From an uncultured bacterium (lineage in GTDB: Bacteria; Krumholzibacteriota; Krumholzibacteriia; LZORAL124-64-63), in contig CAVSZB010000005.1 of assembly GCA_963732385.1 (NCBI GenBank), forward strand, positions 288,001 to 352,000: a stretch of 64,000 nt of DNA. The letters run 5' to 3'. The notes below the pieces were generated by a model. That model had not been told where the DNA came from. It saw only the letters and a program-made list of their open reading frames with translations, and ran no database searches. This document shows, one piece after another, positions 1-9,850 of this stretch (position 1 is its first letter; the number at the start of each line of letters is the position of its first letter). Both the position numbers and the translations under genes were made by a program.

Positions 1-727
1 CCGGCAGGCTGTCGGCCGCCGCGGCCTCGGCGGCCGTGGCGATCACGTCCGCGGGCAGGCCGGCGAGATCAGCCTCGCTGTCGATGACCAGCTTGAACGC
101 ATTGGTCTCCGCCAGCAGGTTGGTGTCGAACTGGACGGCCAGAGAGGCCAGTTCCCGGTTGGCGTTGCGCAACTCTTCCTGCTTCTCCGCCGGCAGCAGG
201 GCTCCGTCGAGCACGAACGACCGGTACAGCCGCTCGAGCAGGTAGCTCCGGGCAGGATCGAGATGCCAACGCTCCTTCTGCTCGTAGACCGCCTTGATCC
301 GCGCGAACAGTTGCGGATTGAGCGTGATGGCGTCCTCGTGGCCCGAAAGCCGCGGCTTGATCTCCTCCGAGATCTTCTGGAGGGCCGGATTGGTGTTGGC
401 GCTCGTGAGGTTGTCGAAGATGCTGGTGACCGTGCTCAGCAGAACGTCACTGTCGAACAGCGCCTCGACGGTGTTCTCCCAGGTGGGCGCGGCCGGATTG
501 TTCACGATGTTCTCGATGGCCGCGTTCTGCTGCTTCATGCCCTCCGTGAAGGCCGGCAGGAAGTGCTCGGGCCTGATGCGATCGAAAGGCGGCACGCCGA
601 AAGGCGTGTCGAACGACGCGAGCAACGGATTGTCGGCGAGGCTCCCCTTATCCATGGCCGGAAACTCCCTGCAGCTCAGACAAAGCGACAGCGCGCACAG
701 GACAACGATGACGGACATCCTCTTCAT
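1..727 (-). CDS. dcp: M3 family metallopeptidase (peptidyl-dipeptidase Dcp-like); 3' part lies outside the window
   Basis: Manual translation from ATG 727: MKRMSVIVVLCALSLCLSC (possible lipoprotein signal)...NPLLASFDTPFGVPPFDRIRPEHFLPAF...PTWENTVEAL...ITLNPQLFARIKAVY...FVLDGALL, typical of the Dcp N-terminus. The HExxH motif is not in the window. Confidence 0.8.
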   Translation of the reverse strand, partial: MKRMSVIVVLCALSLCLSCREFPAMDKGSLADNPLLASFDTPFGVPPFDRIRPEHFLPAFTEGMKQQNAAIENIVNNPAAPTWENTVEALFDSDVLLSTVTSIFDNLTSANTNPALQKISEEIKPRLSGHEDAITLNPQLFARIKAVYEQKERWHLDPARSYLLERLYRSFVLDGALLPAEKQEELRNANRELASLAVQFDTNLLAETNAFKLVIDSEADLAGLPADVIATAAEAAAADSLP

Positions 728-880
728 GGCTTCAACCCCTGCGGATTTCGGGTGCCGGGCCGCGAACGGGGCCGCCCGGGAGGCTGTTTGAAAACGTTCG
801 CCCCCACGATACACTGTCGGGCCGGGTTGCACTACCCCGGGGTAAGCACCAGAACAGCCGCCGCGGCCATGGCCGTATTG

Positions 881-889
881 TGTTATAAT
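881..889 (+). promoter_or_regulatory. Extended -10 promoter element upstream of the secreted nuclease gene
   Basis: TGTTATAAT is an exact TGnTATAAT match in a GC-rich intergenic region ~70 nt before ATG 957. Confidence 0.55.
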
Positions 890-956
890 GGAGAAGTTCC
901 GGAGATGATCGACTTCGGCCACGACGAGGATTTTCACTTCGCCCAAGGAAATCTTT

Positions 957-2759
957 ATGTGCATGTCCTGCTTAAGGTTCGGGCGCCTGGCGCCCCCGTC
1001 GGCCGCCTTCCGGATCGCGCTCGTGTTCGTGGCTCTCGCCGCTTTGACGTTCGCCCCGGCCGGGACTGCGGCCGCTCCGCCGCCGGGATATTATGACGCG
1101 GTGATCACCGACACCCCCCTGCTGCTGCGCACGACCCTGCACGAGGTGATCGACGACAACCTCAAGATCCCCTACACGTCTTTGAGCACGGACACCTGGA
1201 ACGTCCTCGAGCTGGCCGACCAGGACCCGAACAACTCCGCCAACATCCTCGATCTCTACCGCAACCGCAGCTACGTCAAGTTCGGCGGCGGCACCGGCCC
1301 CTACAACCGCGAGCACAGCTGGCCCAACAGCTATGGCTTTCCGGACGACGGCGCCACCAACTACCCGTACACCGACTGCCATCACCTGTTCCTCTGCGAT
1401 GTCGGCTACAACGGCGATCGGGGCAACAAGCCGTTCGGCGCCTGCGCCCCCGGTTCGACGGAGCGCGTCACCGACTACAATGACGGCATGGGGGGCGGCT
1501 CCGGCGTGTTCCCGGGCAATTCCAACTGGTACAACGCCACCCTCTGGCAGACCTGGAACGGCCGGCAGGGCGACGTCGCGCGCGCCATGTTCTACATGGA
1601 CGTGCGCTACGAGGGGGGCACGCACTCCGTCACGGGCGTCGCGGAGCCGAACCTGATCCTCACCGACAACACCTCCCTGATCGTGACCACCGGCAGCAAC
1701 GCGTCGGTCGCCTACATGGGACTGCTGTCGGTCCTGCTGCAATGGAGCGCCGCCGACCCGGTCGACGACCGCGAGCGGGACCGCAACGACGCGGTCTACA
1801 GCTTCCAGGGGAACCGCAACCCGTTCATCGACCATCCGGAATGGGTGAACGCCATCTTCCTGCCGAGCACCGGGCCGACGATCACTTCGATCCCCGACGT
1901 GCCGGCCGACCAGGGCGGCCAGCTCCAGGTCAACTGGCAGCGCAATTCCCTCGACGCCGCCGGCTCCCTGGTGCCGATCACGCAGTACATCGTCCAGCGG
2001 TTCGCGAGCACGTGGGTCGATGTCGCGGTCCAGCCGGCCACCACCTCCGCCACGTATTCCCTGGTCGTCCCCACGAACGACATCGCCTCGCCGGCCACGC
2101 CGCAGCCATGGTCACAGTATCGCGTCGCGGCGGTCGAGACCGGCGGTCTCGTGCATCTTTCCCCGGTGATCAGCGCCTACTCGATCGACAACCTGGCCCC
2201 ACCGACGCCGGTGGTGTCGCTCGACCAGAGCGGTGTCCCCTGGGTGATCTCGTGGGCCATCCCGGAGATTCCCGATTTCAACGCGGCCTGCGTCTACCGG
2301 GGGGACGTGACCGGTTTCGAGCCAACGACGCCGCTGCAGTGCGACGCCGGCACCTCCTGGCTCGAGTACGACACCACGACGCACTATTACGTGGTGCAGT
2401 TCTCCGACACCCACGGCAACCTGAGCGACTTCAGCGCCGAAGTCTCTCCGGACGTGACGGACGTGCCGGACGCGGGCGTGCGTTTGACCGCGATCACGCG
2501 CGTCTATCCGAACCCGTTCAATCCGCTGACCCGCGTGGCGTTCTCGCTCGGCGAGCCGGGCCCTGTCCGCATCGACCTCTTCGCAGCCGACGGGCGTTTG
2601 GTGCGCACACTGCTGGACGAGCCGCGCGGCGCCGGCGCGTTCGAGGTCGTCTGGGATGGCACGGACGGGCGGGGCGGCCCGTTGGCCAGCGGCCCTTATT
2701 TCCTGAGGCTGCAAAGCGGCGGCCAGGTCGACACGAGGAAAATGCTGCTTTTGAAGTGA
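957..2759 (+). CDS. Secreted endonuclease I (EndA/NucM/Bsn-like) with C-terminal FlgD-Ig module
   Basis: Signal peptide; NREHSWPNSYG, DCHHLF...NGDRGN, GDVARAMFYMDVRY, QGNRNPFIDHPEWV; C-terminal YPNPFNP...WDGTD..G..LASGPYFLRL...KMLLLK. Confidence 0.88.
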   Translation: MCMSCLRFGRLAPPSAAFRIALVFVALAALTFAPAGTAAAPPPGYYDAVITDTPLLLRTTLHEVIDDNLKIPYTSLSTDTWNVLELADQDPNNSANILDLYRNRSYVKFGGGTGPYNREHSWPNSYGFPDDGATNYPYTDCHHLFLCDVGYNGDRGNKPFGACAPGSTERVTDYNDGMGGGSGVFPGNSNWYNATLWQTWNGRQGDVARAMFYMDVRYEGGTHSVTGVAEPNLILTDNTSLIVTTGSNASVAYMGLLSVLLQWSAADPVDDRERDRNDAVYSFQGNRNPFIDHPEWVNAIFLPSTGPTITSIPDVPADQGGQLQVNWQRNSLDAAGSLVPITQYIVQRFASTWVDVAVQPATTSATYSLVVPTNDIASPATPQPWSQYRVAAVETGGLVHLSPVISAYSIDNLAPPTPVVSLDQSGVPWVISWAIPEIPDFNAACVYRGDVTGFEPTTPLQCDAGTSWLEYDTTTHYYVVQFSDTHGNLSDFSAEVSPDVTDVPDAGVRLTAITRVYPNPFNPLTRVAFSLGEPGPVRIDLFAADGRLVRTLLDEPRGAGAFEVVWDGTDGRGGPLASGPYFLRLQSGGQVDTRKMLLLK

Positions 2760-2848
2760 CCAGGCCCGGATCTGTTCGCGATTCTGACTTCGTGGTAGGG
2801 TGACCGGCACGCGTTCGGGCCAACCTTTCCACGCCACGAAGGATCGTC

Positions 2849-5533
2849 ATGAATCGCCAACTCCGACTGCTCGTCGTGTTCCTCGCGCTTTCGGCCCTGA
2901 CCACCGCCGCCACCGCCGAGATCCCGGCCATCACGGCCGCGGCCGTGTCGGCCGGCGCGGCGCCCCCGCCGACGCCGGAGGCGCACTTCGCGTTCCGTCC
3001 GGGCGCCGACGGGCAGCTCATCGACTACGAGCAGCTCATCGATTACCTCAGGATCCTCGACGCGGCCTCGACGCGGCTGGAACTGCGCGAGATCGGGGTC
3101 TCCCCGCTCGGCAGGCCGATGTATGTGGCCTTCATCTCGAGCGAACAGAACATCCGGCGCCTGGACGAGCTGCGCGAAATCAACCGCCGCCTCGCGCTCG
3201 ACCCGGCGATCCCCGACCCGGAACGCGACGGGCTGATCGCGCGCGGGCGCGTGTTCCTCATGGCGACGCTCTCCATGCACGCCGGGGAACTCGCGCCATG
3301 CCAGGCCCTGCCGATCTATGCCCACGAACTGGTCACGAGCGTCGACCCCGCGATCATGCGCCAGCTCGACGACGCGGTGTGGATGGTGGTCCCCGCCCAC
3401 AACCCCGACGGACTCGACATGGTGGTGGAGAACTACCGCAAGTACCGCGGCACGGCGTGGGACGGGGCGTCGCTGCCGGCCGTCTACCATCGCTATGTCG
3501 GCCACGACAACAACCGCGATTTCGTGACCCTCACCCAGACGGACACCCGCGCCGTTTCGCGCCTGTTCTCGACCGAGTGGTTCCCCCAGGTGCTGGTGGA
3601 GAAGCACGGCATGGGCGTTTCGGGCCCCCGCTTCTACTGTCCGCCCAGCAACGACCCGATCGCCGAGAACATCGAGGCCGGCATCTGGAACTGGGTCGCG
3701 GTCTTCGGGACCAACCTGGCGCGCGACATGTCCCAGGACGGTCTCGCGGGCGTGGCCCAGCACTGGGCGTTCGACGAGTACTGGCCCGGATCCACCGAGA
3801 CCTCGCTTTGGAAGAACGTGGTTTCGCTGCTGACCGAGAACGCCGGCACCAACGGCGCCTCGCCGCTCTACGTGGAGCCGACGGAGCTGAACGCCGACGA
3901 CAAGGGTCTGGCCGAGTACAAGAAGAGCGTCAACCTGCCGGACCCCTGGCCGGGCGGCTGGTGGCGGCTCGGCGACGCAGTGACCTACGAACTGTCCTCT
4001 TTCCGCTCCCTGCTGCGCACCGCCGGCGCGAACCGCGCCGAACTGCTGCGCCTGCGCAATGACCTCTGCCGACGCGAGGTGGCGCGCGGCCTCAGCCAGG
4101 CGCCCTTCTACTTCGTGCTGCCGCCCGAACAGCGCTCGCGCGGAGAGTGGGTGCAACTCGTCGATCTGCTCCAGGAGCACGGCGTGCGGCTGTTCACGCT
4201 GCCACGGGAGGTCGAGTCCGGCGGACGTCGTTTCACGGCCGGCTCGGTGATCGTGCCGCTCGCCCAGTCCTACCGCCCGTTCATCAAGGAGGTGCTGGAG
4301 CGGCAGAGTTATCCCGTGCGGCACTACACGCCGGGCGGCGAGATGATCCGCCCCTACGACATCACGAGCTGGTCGCTGCCGCTCCACCGCGGCGTGACGG
4401 CGGAGCAGGTCGATGTGCGGGCGCCGGAGCTGGAGGCGGCGTGGCAGCCGCTCGAGAGCGCCTTCGCCCTGCCCGCCCCTGCCACCGGCGTGTCCGCGAA
4501 GAGCTGGGGCGTCGCCTTTGCGGCCAACGAGAATGAGGCCTTCCACGCCGGTTTCCTGGCTTTGAAAGCCGGCCTGCCGGTGCTGCGCACCACAGAGGCG
4601 ACAACGGTCGACGGCACGAGCCTGCCCGCCGGCAGTTTCGTGATCCGCGCCGGCGCCGGACCCACCCTCGCTGCGCTGCTGAACGCCCTGATCGTGCCGC
4701 CGCTGGTGCTCGCCACCGAGCCGGCGGTTGCGATGAGTCCGCTCGGCGCGCCGCGCATCGCCCTCGTCGAGACCGCCTTCCACGACATGGACGCCGGCTG
4801 GACGCGCTTCCTTTTGGATTCCTACGGCGTCCCGTTCACGGTCGTGCGTCCCGGCGAGATCCCGACCCGCGATCTCGCCCGGTACTTCGACGTGATCGTC
4901 TTTCCGAACAGCCAGAAGGAGGAGTTGCTGCATGGGCGCTTCAAGTCCGAAGACACCGCCTATGTGGCCGACGACATCCCGCCGGAGTTCCGCAAGGGCC
5001 TGGGCGCGAAGGGGATGGAAAAGCTGATGGCCTTTGCCGACCAGGGAGGCATCATCCTGGCGTGGGGCGAGGCCTGCGAGCTCTTCCTCGGCGTGCAGGA
5101 GATCAGGCGCGGCAAGGACGAGGTGGAGGAGTTCAGGCTGCCGGTGAATGACGTCAGCGCCAGGCTGGCCAAACAGGGGCTCTCGGTTCCCGGCGCCTGG
5201 CTGCGCGCCCGGGTGACGCAGGACAGTCCGCTGACGTGGGGCATGCCTGAGGAGGCCGGCTTCTTCTCCCGCGGGAAACCGGTCTTGCGCACCTCACAAC
5301 CGGGCCTCGACATCGACCGCCGCGTGCTCGTATTTCACCCCGAGAAGGACATCCTGATGTCGGGCTTCGCCGAGGGCGAAAAGCTGCTCGGCAACACCGC
5401 CGCCGGGGTCTGGGCGCGCAAAGGGAAGGGGCAGTTCGTCCTTTACGCCTTCTCTCCGCAGTTCCGCGGCTCGACGCCGGTGACCTACAAACTGCTGTTC
5501 AACGCGCTGCTGCTGCCCCGGCTCACGCGGTAG
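2849..5533 (+). CDS. Secreted M14 family zinc carboxypeptidase with C-terminal class I glutamine amidotransferase-like domain
   Basis: Signal peptide; HAGE (HxxE), HNPDG, DNNRD, third ligand in EKHGM; C-terminal MDAGWTRFLLD...FSPQFR...TYKLLFNALL. Confidence 0.85.
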   Translation: MNRQLRLLVVFLALSALTTAATAEIPAITAAAVSAGAAPPPTPEAHFAFRPGADGQLIDYEQLIDYLRILDAASTRLELREIGVSPLGRPMYVAFISSEQNIRRLDELREINRRLALDPAIPDPERDGLIARGRVFLMATLSMHAGELAPCQALPIYAHELVTSVDPAIMRQLDDAVWMVVPAHNPDGLDMVVENYRKYRGTAWDGASLPAVYHRYVGHDNNRDFVTLTQTDTRAVSRLFSTEWFPQVLVEKHGMGVSGPRFYCPPSNDPIAENIEAGIWNWVAVFGTNLARDMSQDGLAGVAQHWAFDEYWPGSTETSLWKNVVSLLTENAGTNGASPLYVEPTELNADDKGLAEYKKSVNLPDPWPGGWWRLGDAVTYELSSFRSLLRTAGANRAELLRLRNDLCRREVARGLSQAPFYFVLPPEQRSRGEWVQLVDLLQEHGVRLFTLPREVESGGRRFTAGSVIVPLAQSYRPFIKEVLERQSYPVRHYTPGGEMIRPYDITSWSLPLHRGVTAEQVDVRAPELEAAWQPLESAFALPAPATGVSAKSWGVAFAANENEAFHAGFLALKAGLPVLRTTEATTVDGTSLPAGSFVIRAGAGPTLAALLNALIVPPLVLATEPAVAMSPLGAPRIALVETAFHDMDAGWTRFLLDSYGVPFTVVRPGEIPTRDLARYFDVIVFPNSQKEELLHGRFKSEDTAYVADDIPPEFRKGLGAKGMEKLMAFADQGGIILAWGEACELFLGVQEIRRGKDEVEEFRLPVNDVSARLAKQGLSVPGAWLRARVTQDSPLTWGMPEEAGFFSRGKPVLRTSQPGLDIDRRVLVFHPEKDILMSGFAEGEKLLGNTAAGVWARKGKGQFVLYAFSPQFRGSTPVTYKLLFNALLLPRLTR

Positions 5534-5586
5534 AGCCGGGCCAGCCCCAGGCCCGAGCGAAGGCATATCCCATCTGCCGTGGGTCG

Positions 5587-6813
5587 ATGGGCCTGCCGCC
5601 GGAAGGGGGCGTCGTGCGCAGGATCGTGGGGTTGACGCTGCTGCTGGTGGGGGGCCTGCTCGCGGGCGAGGGGGCGGTGCGCTACTTCCAGGCCGCCGTG
5701 CCGGCGCCGCTGGACACCCCCTACCTGCCGGACGCGGCGGCCGGTTACCGGCTGCGCCCGAGCGGGCCGACGGACGATCCGGCGGCGGACGACCACGTCA
5801 ACACGCTCGGCTTCCGCGACCGCGAGCATCCCCCGGTCAAGCCGGCCGGGACACGGCGGGTGCTGGGGGTTGGCGACTCGTTCGTATACGGCGCGGTGCC
5901 GCCACGCGAAAACTTCCTGGAGGTCGCGGCGCGGGAGCTGTCGACCGCGCCGGACACGTTGGCGCCGGTGGAGATGGTCCTGATGGGCTGTCCCGGCTGG
6001 AACACCGAGCAGGAGGTCGGCATCGTCCACGAACTCGGGCCGAAGCTGGCGCCCGACCTGATCGTGCTCTGCTTCTCGGTCGACACCGACGTGACCGGCA
6101 TCCCGGTGCGCGGCCGGATCATCCAGGGCAACCTGCTCTACGTCGGCGCGCAGACCCCCGGCCTGAACACGCTGCGGCGATCGCGGCTGTTCGTGCTCGG
6201 CGAGCAGGTCTACCTGCGACGGTTGACGGCGACGGCGCGACGCTTCGCGCGGGCGCTGACCGGACGGCGGGCACCGGCGGACGCGCCGGCCGTCGCCGGA
6301 GCCGCCGACACCGCGTTCGTGCCGACGACCCGCCACTATCTCGGCCGCCAACTGCGCCTGCTGCCGCTGTTCGCGCCGAACCCCGATCCCCACACCGCGG
6401 AACTCTGGCGAGAGGCGGAGCGGCAGCTCGACCGGTTCGACGACGCCTGCCGTGCGGCGGGGGCCCCGTGGCTGATGATGGTGGCGCCGGCGGAGATCCA
6501 GGCCGACCCGAGGCTGCGCGACGTCGTGTTGGCGAGCGCGGATCGACCGTCCGGCACATTCGATTTCGACCTGCCGCAGCGTCGGCTCGCCGCCTGGGCC
6601 GGGGCGCACGGCGTGCCGCTGGTCGATCCGCTTGGGGTGCTGCGCGCCGCGCGCGGCCAGGGGCGCCTGTACGCGCCGAACAACAGCCACTGGAACGCGC
6701 GCGGAAACGCCTTGGCGGGCCGGCTGCTGGCGACAGCGCTCGCGTCGCGCCTCGCGGGGGAGCCGGAAACCGCGCCACCGTCCTCGTCGACGCCTAGAAC
6801 TGGAAGTAGATGA
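5587..6813 (+). CDS. SGNH/GDSL hydrolase-family protein (AlgJ/AlgX-like O-acyltransferase partner)
   Basis: N-terminal TM helix, NTLGFRD, GDSFVYG block I, GWNTEQE, C-terminal NSHWNARGN. Confidence 0.78.
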   Translation: MGLPPEGGVVRRIVGLTLLLVGGLLAGEGAVRYFQAAVPAPLDTPYLPDAAAGYRLRPSGPTDDPAADDHVNTLGFRDREHPPVKPAGTRRVLGVGDSFVYGAVPPRENFLEVAARELSTAPDTLAPVEMVLMGCPGWNTEQEVGIVHELGPKLAPDLIVLCFSVDTDVTGIPVRGRIIQGNLLYVGAQTPGLNTLRRSRLFVLGEQVYLRRLTATARRFARALTGRRAPADAPAVAGAADTAFVPTTRHYLGRQLRLLPLFAPNPDPHTAELWREAERQLDRFDDACRAAGAPWLMMVAPAEIQADPRLRDVVLASADRPSGTFDFDLPQRRLAAWAGAHGVPLVDPLGVLRAARGQGRLYAPNNSHWNARGNALAGRLLATALASRLAGEPETAPPSSSTPRTGSR

Positions 6814-8257
6814 ACGGCGGGTTGGCGTAGAGCCGGAAGGCGGCCGCGGCGATCGTCACGGCCACCAGCAGTTGCGCCAGGACCAGCCGCGGCCACGGGC
6901 GCAGGTCGGCCAGCCAGTCGGGGCGGCCGGTCGCCGCCTGCGTGGCGTCGAGCGCCAGCGTCGCCGCGGCACCGACCAGCACGTGGAGCGGGAACGCGCC
7001 CCAGCCGGCCGCCGGGCGGACGATCCCCGCCAGCACCGCCCCCGCCACACCGAAGTCGGGCGCGCGGAACAGCACGAAAGCGGCCGCCACGCCGTGGAAG
7101 ACGAGCAGCGCGCGGGCGATCTGCGACAGGCGTGCCGGCCAGGCCGCCGGCCATGGCCGCGGCGCCCGTCCCCTTCCCGCCGCCAGCCGCCAGGCCAGCC
7201 ACAGCCCGTGCAGCAGCCCCCAAGCCACGAACGTCCAGCGGGCGCCGTGCCACAGCCCGCACAGCGCCATGGTCGGCACGATCGCCAGCAGGTACGCCAG
7301 CGCCAGTTCGTGCGATTCCGCGCCGAGCCGCAATTGCTCCGTGAAACGGAGCGCCCGTCCCAGCAGCGGCGTGAAAAGATAGTCGCGGATCCAGGTCGAG
7401 AGCGAGATGTGCCAGCGTTGCCAGAACTCGGCGGGAGAACGGCTCAGGTACGGAGCGCGGAAATTCTCCATCAGTTCAAAGCCGAGCAGGCGCGCGATGC
7501 CGCGGGCGATGTCGGAATAGCCGGCGAAGTCGCCGTAGATCTGCAGGGTGAACGCGTAGACCCCGGCCAGCAGCGATGCGCCTGTGGCTTCGCCCGGAGT
7601 GGCGAACGCGCGCTCGACGAACGGCGCCAGCGTGTCGGCGATCGCGATCTTGCGGAAGTACCCGATGACGATCAGCGCCAGGCCGGTCTCGACCTGACGA
7701 CGCGTGACGCGCCGCGGCGCAGCCACCTGCGGCAGCAATCGTGACGCCCGCTCGATCGGTCCGGCCACCAGCTGCGGGAAGAACGCCACGTAGAGGGCGA
7801 AGTCGGCCAGGTTGCGGGCCGGCGCGAGCCGCCGACGATAGACGTCGAGGGCGTAGCCAAGGGTCTGGAACGTGTAGAAGCTGATCCCGACCGGCAGGGC
7901 GACGCGCAGGGTCGGCAAATCGGCCTGAAGTCCGCAGCGGTTCAGCAGCACGGCTGCCGAGCCGGCGAAGAAATCGAAATATTTGAAGACGCCGAGCAGG
8001 CCGAGGTTTCCGGTCAGGCTGGCGGCCAGCAGGGCGCGACGACGCCCCGGCGCTGCGGTCGCGTCGAGCCCCCGCCCCACGCCGTAGTCGAGCAGGGTGG
8101 AAAACCACAACAGCGCGAGGAAGCGCCAGTCCCACCAGCCGTAGAAGAGGTAGCTGGCGAGCAGCAGGAAGCGGTTCTGGCTCCGGTGCGACAGGCGGGG
8201 GACGACCGCCAGCACCGCTGCCAAAAAGACGAGGAAGGGGAGCGAGTTGAACAACAC
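6794..8257 (-). CDS. MBOAT family O-acyltransferase (AlgI/DltB-like)
   Basis: MLFNS..F, LPVGISFYTFQ, FFPQLVAGPIER, QIYGDFAGYSDIA, ENF..PY, FWQRWHISLSTW, GLWHGA, terminal FIYFQF. Confidence 0.93.
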   Translation of the reverse strand: MLFNSLPFLVFLAAVLAVVPRLSHRSQNRFLLLASYLFYGWWDWRFLALLWFSTLLDYGVGRGLDATAAPGRRRALLAASLTGNLGLLGVFKYFDFFAGSAAVLLNRCGLQADLPTLRVALPVGISFYTFQTLGYALDVYRRRLAPARNLADFALYVAFFPQLVAGPIERASRLLPQVAAPRRVTRRQVETGLALIVIGYFRKIAIADTLAPFVERAFATPGEATGASLLAGVYAFTLQIYGDFAGYSDIARGIARLLGFELMENFRAPYLSRSPAEFWQRWHISLSTWIRDYLFTPLLGRALRFTEQLRLGAESHELALAYLLAIVPTMALCGLWHGARWTFVAWGLLHGLWLAWRLAAGRGRAPRPWPAAWPARLSQIARALLVFHGVAAAFVLFRAPDFGVAGAVLAGIVRPAAGWGAFPLHVLVGAAATLALDATQAATGRPDWLADLRPWPRLVLAQLLVAVTIAAAAFRLYANPPFIYFQF

Positions 8258-8281
8258 GTCCGGTGACCGCCCCTGGGAAGA

Positions 8282-9850
8282 TCAGCCCCGGAGACGCTTC
8301 GTGTAGATGATCCGGTCGTCGCCGATGGCGTAGTAGTCGGCGATGCACGCCGCCTCGTCATAACCGCAGCCGAGATAGAAGCCGCGCGTGGAGGTGTAGC
8401 CGGAACTGCCGGACGTTTCGATCACCGACAGGTTGCCGCCGCGCGCGAGAATCAGCGCCTCGCAATGGCGCACGAGCGCCTTGCCTGTACCGCGCCCCTG
8501 GCGATCGGGCGCCACGCCGAGCCAGTAGATGTCCCAGGCGCCGAGGGTGCAGGGGGTAGGACCGGCGCAGACCCAGCCCGCCACCCCCGCCTCGTCTTCG
8601 GCCACGAACGACTGGTAGTGCCCGCCGGAGCCGGCCTCGAGCGCGTCGTCGAGCACCTCGGCGGCCACTTCCAGCTCGTCGGGCCGGAAAAAGCCGGTGG
8701 CGGCCAGCAGATCGAGCACCGGCTGGCGGTCGGCGGGGACGCTGTGGCGGATCGTGGCGCGCCGCGGGGCGGCGGCGTTGCGCGAGGCGCGCGCCGGAAC
8801 GGCCGGCGGCGCACCGTCGGCCGGAGCCGGACGGCGCGCCGCGGCGTTGGCCACCAGGGCGCCGACGAACGTGGCGTAGCGCACCCCGCCCGCCTTCAGG
8901 GCGGCGGAAAATCCGGCGTCGGGCGAAATGTCGGGGTCGACGTTCACCTCGAGAATGAACGGGGCGCCGCGGCGCGAAAGGCGGAAATCCACGCGAGCAT
9001 AGTCGCTGCAGCCACAGGCGTCCCAGGCGGCCCGGGCGAGCCGCGTCACCTGCGCGGCAAGCCGCGCCGGCAGGCGCGCCGGCAACACGCGACACAGACC
9101 GTGGTACTCCGGCGTGCCCGGCACCCATTTCGCCCGGTAGCCGACAAGGTGGGGCAGCTCGCGTCCGTAACCGCTGAAATCGATCTCGGCGATCGGCAGG
9201 ACGGTCACCTCGGACCCGCGCTGCCACAGCCCGACGTTCAGTTCGCGCCCGTCGACGAACTGTTCCACCAGCGCCGGCTGGCCGAACTTCGCGTGGATTT
9301 CGGCCACGAGCCGCCGCAGGGTGACGCCCGGACCGGGGCAGAGCGAGTGCGTGTCGATCCCCTCGCTGGCGTCCGCCGAAACCGGTTTGACGATCAGCGG
9401 CCCGCGCGGCAATCCCCGCGTCGGCACTTTCTCCCCCACGCGCACCAGCAGGCCGCCGGGGACCGGCAGCCCCGCGCCCTGCAGCACGGCCCGCGTGCGC
9501 CACTTGTCGAGCGTGAGGGCGGCGCACGGCGTGTCGCCGCCGGTGCACCCCTTGCCGTGCGCCGCGCAGAGTGCCGGCACCAGGAGCTCGGCGCCCGGCG
9601 CATCGCCGAGCGACTCGATCAGGTTGAATACGACCGGCTCGGGCGCGTGCGCGACCGCAGAAATGACTTCGGCGAGCGTGCGGACCGCCACGACCCGATG
9701 CACGTGCCCCGCACGCGCCAGAGCCGCGGCCACCGCCTTCGCCTGGGAGAGGACCCCCGCGTCGCTCTCGGCACAGCTCGCGCCGGGGTACAGGCCCGCG
9801 GCGGCCGGAGCGTTGTGCAGCACGAGGACGGACGGCTTTTCACGCGCCAT
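8282..9850 (-). CDS. Ddl-like ATP-grasp ligase fused to a C-terminal GNAT acetyltransferase
   Basis: VFNLIE, LDKWRTR, IVKP...ASEGID, EQFVDGRE, YRAKW, RVDFR...ILEVN; an Ala/Pro linker, then GNAT (WDIYWLGV...QGRGTGKAL...TRGFY...GY). Confidence 0.85.
   Translation of the reverse strand: MAREKPSVLVLHNAPAAAGLYPGASCAESDAGVLSQAKAVAAALARAGHVHRVVAVRTLAEVISAVAHAPEPVVFNLIESLGDAPGAELLVPALCAAHGKGCTGGDTPCAALTLDKWRTRAVLQGAGLPVPGGLLVRVGEKVPTRGLPRGPLIVKPVSADASEGIDTHSLCPGPGVTLRRLVAEIHAKFGQPALVEQFVDGRELNVGLWQRGSEVTVLPIAEIDFSGYGRELPHLVGYRAKWVPGTPEYHGLCRVLPARLPARLAAQVTRLARAAWDACGCSDYARVDFRLSRRGAPFILEVNVDPDISPDAGFSAALKAGGVRYATFVGALVANAAARRPAPADGAPPAVPARASRNAAAPRRATIRHSVPADRQPVLDLLAATGFFRPDELEVAAEVLDDALEAGSGGHYQSFVAEDEAGVAGWVCAGPTPCTLGAWDIYWLGVAPDRQGRGTGKALVRHCEALILARGGNLSVIETSGSSGYTSTRGFYLGCGYDEAACIADYYAIGDDRIIYTKRLRG

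Noticed and set aside
833..875. 12-bp palindromes TACCCCGGGGTA and CGGCCATGGCCG in the dcp/nuclease intergenic region
   Set aside because: Short GC-rich palindromes are expected by chance at this composition; no supporting evidence.
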